Notes under the pieces: generated by a model
Seen by the model: the letters and a program-made list of their open reading frames with translations, nothing else
What the model was told of the DNA's origin: nothing
Databases searched by the model: none
Translations under genes and position numbers: made by a program
Shown here: positions 1 through 6,577 of the stretch, in pieces
Numbering within the stretch: the stretch's first letter is position 1
How the letters are laid out: the number at the start of each line of letters is the position of its first letter
Assembly (NCBI GenBank): GCA_029856525.1
Contig: JAHQXC010000051.1
Location: 1-9,827, forward strand
DNA length: 9,827 bases
Source: Candidatus Odinarchaeia archaeon
Lineage (GTDB): Archaea; Asgardarchaeota; Odinarchaeia; Odinarchaeales; Odinarchaeaceae
Reading direction: 5' to 3'

Positions 1-734
1 AAGGATTTAGCGAATTTCTGGCCGTGATAGTGAACGGTCCCGATTTGAAGCGTCCGACCGTCTGGGAATATTGTGTCAAATGCGATAGAGTACTCAGCTC
101 CAGGGAATTTATCATAATCAGGTCTTTTACTTATAATATACGGGATGCCGAGCATGTCAAAAAGCTTCTTATATATTTCAACCGCTTCATCAATCTGTTT
201 TAAAGCGTCTTCTTTTGTAGCGTGAGCGGTGTGAGCTTCCTTGAAACTTGTGATCTCTCTAACCCTGATTAAAGGTTTAGTGGCCTTAGTTTCATATCTG
301 ACAGTGTTAACAAGCTGCCAGACTTTAAGCGGGAGATCTGAATAGCTTCTAATCCATTTCGAAAACATGAGATATATAGGTATCTCGCTGGTCGGTCTGA
401 TCGCAAGCTTCACAGCTAAAGGGTTAATACCTCCTTTTGTAACCCAGTAAACTTCCCCTTCGAAACCTTTAGCCGTCTCCTTTTCTAAACCGAATAGACT
501 GTCCGGTATGAGTAGAGGGAAATAGTATTCTTCATGCCCTGTATCAGTTAAAAGTTTTCTCACAATATTGAAAACCATGTTTCTAATCTTCCAACCGTAT
601 GAAAGCCAGGTTTGAAAGCCTTTAACAGGATAAGTTGTATCAACTATCTCCGCCATACGGAGAACTTCATTATACCACTCTCCGAAGTCGCTTTTAGGAG
701 GGATCAGCTTAGGTTTTTCGATTTTAGCGGTCAT
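1..734 (-). CDS. proS: Prolyl-tRNA synthetase, archaeal/eukaryal type; 5' part, runs off the left window edge (absent from the ORF track)
   Basis: Manual minus-strand translation from ATG at 734-732: [54 protein letters not shown]...[12 protein letters not shown]...[11 protein letters not shown]...[12 protein letters not shown]...[39 protein letters not shown]...[37 protein letters not shown]. Open for 244 codons; class II motifs 1 and 2 and the RPTSE motif are typical of ProRS. Confidence 0.97.
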   Translation of the reverse strand, partial: MTAKIEKPKLIPPKSDFGEWYNEVLRMAEIVDTTYPVKGFQTWLSYGWKIRNMVFNIVRKLLTDTGHEEYYFPLLIPDSLFGLEKETAKGFEGEVYWVTKGGINPLAVKLAIRPTSEIPIYLMFSKWIRSYSDLPLKVWQLVNTVRYETKATKPLIRVREITSFKEAHTAHATKEDALKQIDEAVEIYKKLFDMLGIPYIISKRPDYDKFPGAEYSIAFDTIFPDGRTLQIGTVHYHGQKFAKS

Positions 735-735
735 A

Positions 736-1419
736 TTAAGCGGTCTCCTGGAATAAGGGTTTAGCCTTACCTTTAAAGATTTTATTAAATAATTTCACTG
801 TAAGCTTAAGAGCCCAAAGCAGGTCGATGCCGGATACACCAGGCACGCCGCAAACAGAAACTAAAATATTTTTCGTATCTGAATCTACTTGAACAGTTTT
901 CGAAACAGCGTACGGATATAGAAAGAATGGTTTACTGTTATCGTAAAAAACTATATCCTTCTCCTCTAAGCTTTTATCCCCTAGCTCTGAAGGGAAAATC
1001 TCACCGCTCTCAGCGTATTTTAAAATAATATCTCCTTCTATTTTATCTTTATCGAATATGAAGACGGGTAAACCAACCGCGCCGGTTATATAGTTGACTA
1101 AACTAGATGGCAGCTTATCCGCGTTTATTTTAAGACCTGTAAATAAAGCGCTGCCGTAAACCTCGTTCGCCGGTTTAACATCTATAAGGTTAAGTTTCAA
1201 AACATCTCTGAAGAAAGTCTGATATCTTATAATATCCTCGGATCTGATTAAAGTGTCAGGATCCTTGAATTTTATTAAAGCAATATTTTTCAGCTTCAAC
1301 TCGAAATCCTCTAAAATTTTCGCGTCAACAGGTTTAATATTTACAGCTTCTATTATAGCGGAGGCTACAGTTAACCCTTTAACCCGCTCATTTAAAGTTC
1401 TATCTACGATTAAACGCAT
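736..1419 (-). CDS. Stand-alone B3/4-domain protein (PheRS beta editing-domain fold), divergent
   Basis: 227 aa. The C-terminal half follows the archaeal free-standing B3/4 pattern ([25 protein letters not shown]...IVFYD...LYPY...[15 protein letters not shown]...AL). GGGGAT SD-like element 6 nt before the ATG. Its TAA (738-736) is 1 nt from the proS ATG. Confidence 0.75.
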   Translation of the reverse strand: MRLIVDRTLNERVKGLTVASAIIEAVNIKPVDAKILEDFELKLKNIALIKFKDPDTLIRSEDIIRYQTFFRDVLKLNLIDVKPANEVYGSALFTGLKINADKLPSSLVNYITGAVGLPVFIFDKDKIEGDIILKYAESGEIFPSELGDKSLEEKDIVFYDNSKPFFLYPYAVSKTVQVDSDTKNILVSVCGVPGVSGIDLLWALKLTVKLFNKIFKGKAKPLFQETA

Positions 1420-1425
1420 GATGAG

Positions 1426-1480
1426 ATCCCCGTGCGATATCTTCAGAATCGTGTAGTTAAAGCTATATAAAAATTTTATT
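1426..1480 (-). promoter_or_regulatory. Putative BRE/TATA and SD for the B3/4-proS unit
   Basis: Minus strand reads AATAAAATT-TTTATATA (TATA-like at 1471-1464) about 45 nt upstream of the ATG; GGGGAT at 1431-1426. Confidence 0.45.
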
Positions 1481-1531
1481 TAATAGTTAAACTATATTTC
1501 AAGGTTATTACGGTAGGAGAATATATATTAT

Positions 1532-1583
1532 AAGTTTAAACTTCATTTATAAATAGAGTCTACAACTTGTAGAAGTGGTTTAA
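1532..1583 (+). promoter_or_regulatory. Putative promoter of nikR with palindromic sites
   Basis: TTTATAAA at 1546-1553, about 30 nt before ATG 1584. Perfect palindrome AAGTTTAAACTT at 1532-1543 and inverted repeat TCTACAA-C-TTGTAGA at 1559-1573. Confidence 0.45.
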
Positions 1584-1991
1584 ATGACGGATAAGTTTAT
1601 AAGGGTTAGTATGACACTGCCAAAAGCGCTTTTAGAAGAGTTCGACGAGTTTGTTAAAACTAGAAAATATTTTAAAAGATCTGAAGCGATAAGAGATGCT
1701 CTGAGATTTTTCATAACCGAGAATAAATGGAGATATGAGGAGGACAGCCGCTTCATAGGAGCGCTTCTATTAATGTATGATCATGATGTACCAGGAATCT
1801 CAGATTATCTAACTCATATTCAACACATCTATCACGAGAATATTAAAACCGCGGTTCACATCCACCTCGACGAGCATAAATGTTTAGAGATACTGGCTGT
1901 TGAAGGAAACGGGGGTAGGCTTAGAAATTTAGCTGATGAAATAGGTCACCGTAAAGGTGTTGAAATGAGTAAACTCGTGTTGGTTAAATGA
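1584..1991 (+). CDS. nikR: NikR-family nickel-responsive ribbon-helix-helix regulator
   Basis: N-terminal RHH (IRVSMTLP...EEFD...RSEAIRDALR). C-terminal ACT-like domain with YDHD and all four canonical Ni ligands: QH, HIH and C in IQHIYH...AVHIHLDEHKCLE. Confidence 0.92.
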   Translation: MTDKFIRVSMTLPKALLEEFDEFVKTRKYFKRSEAIRDALRFFITENKWRYEEDSRFIGALLLMYDHDVPGISDYLTHIQHIYHENIKTAVHIHLDEHKCLEILAVEGNGGRLRNLADEIGHRKGVEMSKLVLVK

Positions 1992-2045
1992 AAGATGATT
2001 ATTGATTAATCATAAGTTTTGAAAGATTTAAATACAGGTGAATTT

Positions 2046-2675
2046 ATGAGTCTAAAAAACTCGGCGAGGTTACTTCAAAGACTAATTTATTCACGGAGAA
2101 GTATACGTGTCTTTCAGAAACGTGAAGTCTCATATAAAAAAATTTTAAAGATACTAGAATACGGGGTTTGGGCTCCATCCGCTCATAATTCTCAGCCCTG
2201 GAGGTTTATACTAATATTAAACCAAGATATACGAGGTAAACTCGTAGAGGAGATGAGCCGGTTATATAAAGCGGATATGGAGAGAGACGGTTTACCTTCA
2301 GATATGATTGAGAGAAGGCTTTTAAAATCTAAGTTGATGTTAAAAGAATCCCCGGTTTTAATCCTAGTATGCTTGGATAAAACGGTTTTATGGAGTTATA
2401 GAGATGAGAACCGGGATGAAAACGAGTTTATCATGGGTGTTCAAAGCGTAGCCGCCTCTATCCAGAATATTCTACTAGGAGCCTCCGCTGAAGGGTTAGG
2501 CGCATGCTGGATGTGCGCGCCTTTATTCTGTAAAAAACTTATCCGTGAATTACTCCAGCTGCCCGGAGAATATGAACCTCAAGCTTTCATAGTAGTAGGC
2601 TACCCGGCGGAGAAGCCTATTCCACCGCCTAGGAGAAGTGTAAAAGAGGTCACATATATTATAGACGGAGTGTAG
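2046..2675 (+). CDS. FMN-dependent nitroreductase-fold protein resembling the FbiB C-terminal domain / stand-alone FbiE (putative dehydro-F420-0 reductase)
   Basis: Motifs RRSIR, APSAHNSQPWRF, ADMERDGLPSDMIERR, SYRDENRDENEFIM, QSVAASIQNILL, GLGACW, LFCKKLIRELLQLPGEYEPQAFIVVGYP parallel the mycobacterial FbiB C-domain as I recall it (SDLTSDGLPADAIERR...SYPD...AEHTM...GLGSCW...WEPLGAIAIGY). Directly upstream of cofD and cofC. ATG 2046 preferred over TTG 2019 because AGGTGA (2036-2041) precedes it. Confidence 0.85.
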   Translation: MSLKNSARLLQRLIYSRRSIRVFQKREVSYKKILKILEYGVWAPSAHNSQPWRFILILNQDIRGKLVEEMSRLYKADMERDGLPSDMIERRLLKSKLMLKESPVLILVCLDKTVLWSYRDENRDENEFIMGVQSVAASIQNILLGASAEGLGACWMCAPLFCKKLIRELLQLPGEYEPQAFIVVGYPAEKPIPPPRRSVKEVTYIIDGV

Positions 2676-2690
2676 CCCGGGGGGGTTTTA

Positions 2691-3638
2691 TTGGAGGTCA
2701 CCATGTTAAGTGGAGGGGTTGGCGGAGCTAAACTGGTTGAAGGATTCTATAATATTTTAAATAAAACCAGGCTTAACGTGATCTGTAACACTGGAGACGA
2801 CCTGGAACTCTTCGGATTATATATCAGCCCGGATTTAGATACTGTAATGTATACTCTAGCCGGACTGGTTGACGAAGAGAAAGGGTGGGGTGTTAGAGAC
2901 GATACCTTCCGTTGTTTAAAAGCACTCAGCGAATTCTATAAAAAAGAGAGCTGGTTTAATATAGGGGACTGTGATTTAGCCACGCATATATTTAGAACCG
3001 AGCTTTTAACGAAAGGTTATAGTTTAACTGAAGCAACGAGAATTCTATGCGAAAACCTAGGGCTAGATAGAGTTAACCTTCAGCCGATGAGCGATGACCC
3101 TGTTAGAACAATGGTAATGGTGGACTCCGGCGTCTACCTTTCTTTTCAAGAGTATTTTGTGAAGAGAAAATGCCGGGATCCGGTTTTAAACGTGATATAT
3201 AAGGGTTCAGATGAAGCTAAACCCGGCGGCCATGTTTTAGAAAGCATAGCCAGAGCGGATATAATAATAATATCTCCTAGCAATCCTATAGCTTCGATAG
3301 GTCCTATTCTATCAGTTAAAGGTATTCGCGAACAATTAAAGAAAGCGGATTGTATAAGAGTAGCGGTGACGCCGATTATTCAAGGAGCTCCCTTAAAAGG
3401 TCCGGCGGATAAATTTATGGCAGGGCTTGGATTCGAGGTTTCCGCTTTAGGTGTAGCTGAGTATTATAAAGGTTTAGCTGATGTTTTCATTCTAGATGAG
3501 AGAGACGCTTACTTGAAGAATAAGATAGAAGAGCTCGGCTACAAGGTTCACGTAACTGACACTGTTATGAATAGTTTAAAAGATAAAATAAGGCTAAGCA
3601 GGTTTATATTAAAAGCAGTCGGGTTGAAGGAGAGTTAA
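2691..3638 (+). CDS. cofD: 2-phospho-L-lactate/PEP transferase (LPPG/EPPG:Fo transferase), F420 biosynthesis
   Basis: VTMLSGGVGGAK, NTGDD, PDLDTVMYTLAG, GDCDLATHIFRT, PMSDDPVRT, FQEYFV, PSNPIASIGPIL, GPADKFM. TTG start with a G7 run 5 nt upstream. Confidence 0.96.
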   Translation: MEVTMLSGGVGGAKLVEGFYNILNKTRLNVICNTGDDLELFGLYISPDLDTVMYTLAGLVDEEKGWGVRDDTFRCLKALSEFYKKESWFNIGDCDLATHIFRTELLTKGYSLTEATRILCENLGLDRVNLQPMSDDPVRTMVMVDSGVYLSFQEYFVKRKCRDPVLNVIYKGSDEAKPGGHVLESIARADIIIISPSNPIASIGPILSVKGIREQLKKADCIRVAVTPIIQGAPLKGPADKFMAGLGFEVSALGVAEYYKGLADVFILDERDAYLKNKIEELGYKVHVTDTVMNSLKDKIRLSRFILKAVGLKES

Positions 3639-3640
3639 AA

Positions 3641-4285
3641 ATGGAGGTTAAAGCGAATATAATTATTCCTGTTAAAAACCTCTCTAAAAGTAAAAATAGG
3701 CTTTCAAACATGCTTGGAAGTTATCAGAGACAGCTGTTAGTATTAGTTATGTTAGAGGATATTATAAGAGAGTTAAATAATTCTCATTTCATAAATAAAA
3801 TTTATATTTTAACAGATGACGAGCTTTTGAAGAGAGAGGCTTATTATAGTAACGTTGTTGTCGTGATTCAGAAGCATGGATTAGACGTCAATAACGCGCT
3901 TAAAACGTTTTTAAACGAGGCTTTAGATGAGTTAAGCGATCACCCTGTTATAATAATACCTTCAGATATACCTCTCATTAAACATGAGAGTGTGGATGAG
4001 ATCGTTAAGATGATCTCCCAGCTTAAGAGGAGTGTTATAATATCCCCTGCGCATGATAATGGAACTAATTTAATCGCTTTACCCCCCGGGAAGATTATAT
4101 GCTTCCATTATGGATTGAATAGTTTCCGTGAGCATGCCACCGAGGTTTTAAACGCGGGTTTAAGCCTGTTAATATATGATTCAGAGGACTTAGAGCTTGA
4201 TCTGGATACACCTGAAGACGTTTACCAGCTGGTTAACAGCGGAGTCAACCGTAAAACCGCGTTATATCTTGCGAAGATGCTTTAA
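3641..4285 (+). CDS. cofC: 2-phospho-L-lactate/PEP guanylyltransferase, F420 biosynthesis
   Basis: IIPVKNLSKSKNRLS, IIPSDIPLI, DNGTNL, FHYGLNSFREH, LDLDTPED. Starts 2 nt after the cofD stop. Confidence 0.93.
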   Translation: MEVKANIIIPVKNLSKSKNRLSNMLGSYQRQLLVLVMLEDIIRELNNSHFINKIYILTDDELLKREAYYSNVVVVIQKHGLDVNNALKTFLNEALDELSDHPVIIIPSDIPLIKHESVDEIVKMISQLKRSVIISPAHDNGTNLIALPPGKIICFHYGLNSFREHATEVLNAGLSLLIYDSEDLELDLDTPEDVYQLVNSGVNRKTALYLAKML

Positions 4286-5163
4286 CATTTTATTTTAGAG
4301 ATAAGATAGTCTATTATCAGCTTAGCTATATCGATTTTTACAACCTCGCTGAGACCGTGCCATGAAGGAGCTGCATTAGCTTCAATCACTTTATAGCCTT
4401 CACTAGACTCTATTATATCGATACCTGTGTAATCTAATTCCATGACGCTGGCTGTTTTAACAGCTAACTCTTCAAGCTCAGAGTTTAAAACTAGTTTACA
4501 GGGTTTAGCACCAGCTGAAATATTACTCTTCCACTCTCCGGTCTGCGCTACACGATACATTCCCCCGATTACCCGGCCTCCTATAACGAAGACTCGTATA
4601 TCGCGACCAGGGTTTGGAATATATTCTTGAATGTATAAAACTTGATGTAAACGTTTAAGAGTTTTAATTATTCGATAAGATAAGTCTGGGTTATCTGATT
4701 TAATCGGCCCCAATCCCCGAGAACCTATTAAAGGCTTAATCACCACGCTCCCCCATTCCTCAGCGGTTTTATAAGCCTGCTCCGCGTCCTCTGTTACCAG
4801 TGTCCTAGGTACAGGGATTCTATTTTTACTCAGTGAAACCAGTGTAGCATACTTATCTTTAGCTCTTCTAAAAGCGTATGGTTTATTGATTAAAATCTTG
4901 CCGTCTAAGCTTAAATGCTCTAAAAGAGAGATTCTATAAGTTATTTCATCTGTGCTAGCTGCGCCTAACCCTCTTATTATACCAGCGTCGAAAGATGAAA
5001 GCTCTCTGTTAAAATAGAATTCACTCTTTTCACCGGCTAGCAGCGCGCTTACCTGGTCTAGTCTAATTAATAAAGGTTGGTGGCCGGATTGTTCAACAGC
5101 TCGTATTAACTGGTTTCCAGGCCAGCCTAACCTGTTATCTCCGCTCAGTATCGCGATTTTCAA
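4282..5163 (-). CDS. RimK-family ATP-grasp alpha-L-glutamate ligase, most like MptN/CofF coenzyme ligases
   Basis: INKP...AKDK, IPVPRT, VIKPLIGSRGLG, YIQEYI, RDIRVFVIGG, MYRV...WKSNISAG, GIDIIES, VIEANAAPSWHGL. TTG start with a G6 SD 6 nt upstream. The substrate cannot be fixed from sequence. Confidence 0.88.
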   Translation of the reverse strand: MKIAILSGDNRLGWPGNQLIRAVEQSGHQPLLIRLDQVSALLAGEKSEFYFNRELSSFDAGIIRGLGAASTDEITYRISLLEHLSLDGKILINKPYAFRRAKDKYATLVSLSKNRIPVPRTLVTEDAEQAYKTAEEWGSVVIKPLIGSRGLGPIKSDNPDLSYRIIKTLKRLHQVLYIQEYIPNPGRDIRVFVIGGRVIGGMYRVAQTGEWKSNISAGAKPCKLVLNSELEELAVKTASVMELDYTGIDIIESSEGYKVIEANAAPSWHGLSEVVKIDIAKLIIDYLISKIKC

Positions 5164-5292
5164 GTATTACCCCCCGCATAAATTAAAATAGGGTTCTCAT
5201 CTTGTCTAAATATTGCGAAACTATTATATACATGTTGTATATTCTAAGGTTAATAATTTAAAGCTTTAATATTACTGTGAGTAATTTAGGAG
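5164..5292. promoter_or_regulatory. Divergent promoter region between the ATP-grasp ligase gene and metY-metX
   Basis: 129-nt AT-rich spacer. CGAAA followed by TATA-like TTATATAC (5224-5231, reads TATATAAT on the minus strand). TAGGAG SD at 5287-5292; minus-strand GGGGGG SD at 5175-5170; three short inverted repeats. Confidence 0.55.
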
Positions 5293-6576
5293 ATGAATAT
5301 GAAAGAAGTAAGATTCAATACAAAAGTTGTTCATGCAGGTTATAGAGGGGAGCCTACCACACACTCATGCTTCCCCCCGATATATCAGACAGCAGCATAT
5401 TATTTCGAAAACACTGAGCATGCAGCTAAACTCTTCGCATTAGAAGAACAGGGAAACATATATACTCGGATAGGTAATCCAACTGTCGCGATTCTCGAAG
5501 AAAAAATATCCGTTTTAGAAAACTGTGTAGGTGCGCTTGCAACAGCCTCCGGTCAAGCCGCTATAACACTAGCCCTGTTAAATATATGCGAGAACGGTGA
5601 AGAGATTGTTTCCTCATCAAACTTATACGGTGGAACATATAATCTATTAGCGGTGACTCTAAGAAAAATGGGTGTGAAAACCCATTTCGTAGATCCGAGC
5701 GAACCGGAGAATTTCAATGAAAAAATAAACTCGAACACTAAAGCAGTGTTCGTTGAAACACTGGGGAATCCGAAACTAGACATGATAGATTTAGAGCGTG
5801 TTTCCAAAATAGCCCACGACAATAATATTCCACTTATAGTAGATAACACGGTAACCACCCCTTATCTAATACAACCAGTCGAATACGGTGCCGATATAAT
5901 AGTTCACTCTATGACCAAGTATTTAAGCGGACACGGTAACACAATCGCAGGTATAATAGTTGACTCAGGCCGTTTCGATTGGAGTAGAAAACCCTTCAGA
6001 GGAATAACTGAACCGGACCCAAGCTACCATGGAGTAAACTATCTTGAAAGCTTCGGTGAAAAAGCGTATATCACTAAAGCGCGGGTTCAACTTCTAAGAG
6101 ATTTAGGACCCTCACTAAGCCCGTTTAACGCATACCTTATACTTCAAGGAGTGGAAACCCTACATCTGAGAATGCAACGACAATGCGATAATGCTTTAAA
6201 AATAGCTGAATATTTAAGCCAGCATCCTAAAGTAGCATGGGTTAACTATCCAGGGCTTCCAGATCACCCGACTCATAAACTAGCTAAAAAATATTTACGC
6301 AACGGCTATGGGGCGATTATAGGATTCGGGATCAAAGGCGGTTTAAAAGCGGGTAGAAAATTCATAGACTCACTTAAAGTTTTCTCACATGTAGCGAATA
6401 TAGGAGACGTTAAATCATTAGCCATACATCCGGCTAGTACAACTCATCAACAGTTAACTGAGAAAGAAAGACTTGCTGCAGGTGTAACAGATGATTTTAT
6501 AAGGCTTTCAATAGGAGTTGAGGATGTAAACGATTTAATAGAAGATTTAGATAACGCTATTAAAGCGAGTGGTTGA
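5293..6576 (+). CDS. metY: O-acetylhomoserine sulfhydrylase (aminocarboxypropyltransferase), PLP-dependent
   Basis: [58 protein letters not shown] (PLP lysine), [38 protein letters not shown] 5299 is an alternative start. Confidence 0.96.
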   Translation: MNMKEVRFNTKVVHAGYRGEPTTHSCFPPIYQTAAYYFENTEHAAKLFALEEQGNIYTRIGNPTVAILEEKISVLENCVGALATASGQAAITLALLNICENGEEIVSSSNLYGGTYNLLAVTLRKMGVKTHFVDPSEPENFNEKINSNTKAVFVETLGNPKLDMIDLERVSKIAHDNNIPLIVDNTVTTPYLIQPVEYGADIIVHSMTKYLSGHGNTIAGIIVDSGRFDWSRKPFRGITEPDPSYHGVNYLESFGEKAYITKARVQLLRDLGPSLSPFNAYLILQGVETLHLRMQRQCDNALKIAEYLSQHPKVAWVNYPGLPDHPTHKLAKKYLRNGYGAIIGFGIKGGLKAGRKFIDSLKVFSHVANIGDVKSLAIHPASTTHQQLTEKERLAAGVTDDFIRLSIGVEDVNDLIEDLDNAIKASG

Positions 6577-6577
6577 A

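Noticed and set aside
1253-1456. 67-aa plus-strand ORF
   Set aside because: Antisense shadow of the B3/4 gene with no recognisable motif.
1418-1480. ATGATGA as the C box of a C/D sRNA
   Set aside because: No CTGA D or D' boxes at suitable distances; the motif is the reverse complement of the B3/4 start region.
2019-2045. TTG 2019 as the nitroreductase start, and TTTAAATA (2027-2034) as its TATA box
   Set aside because: AGGTGA precedes ATG 2046 at good spacing, and the TATA-like element is too close to that ATG to produce a transcript including it.
1989-2045. Read-through from nikR into the in-frame nitroreductase gene
   Set aside because: A second in-frame stop (TAA 2007-2009) lies in the spacer.
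4442-4630. 62-aa plus-strand ORF
   Set aside because: Lies wholly antisense within the ATP-grasp ligase gene.
5164-5191. GTATTA-N16 as a NikR operator
   Set aside because: The right half-site reads AAATAG rather than TAATAC, and the left half is the SD-to-start spacer of the ligase gene. No convincing canonical NikR operator was found in any spacer.
5164-5292. SAM riboswitch or T-box upstream of metY
   Set aside because: The spacer is short and AT-rich, with no conserved core or stable stems.
5553-5858. 101-aa minus-strand ORF
   Set aside because: Antisense shadow of metY; its Ser/Ile/Phe-rich composition is typical of reverse frames.
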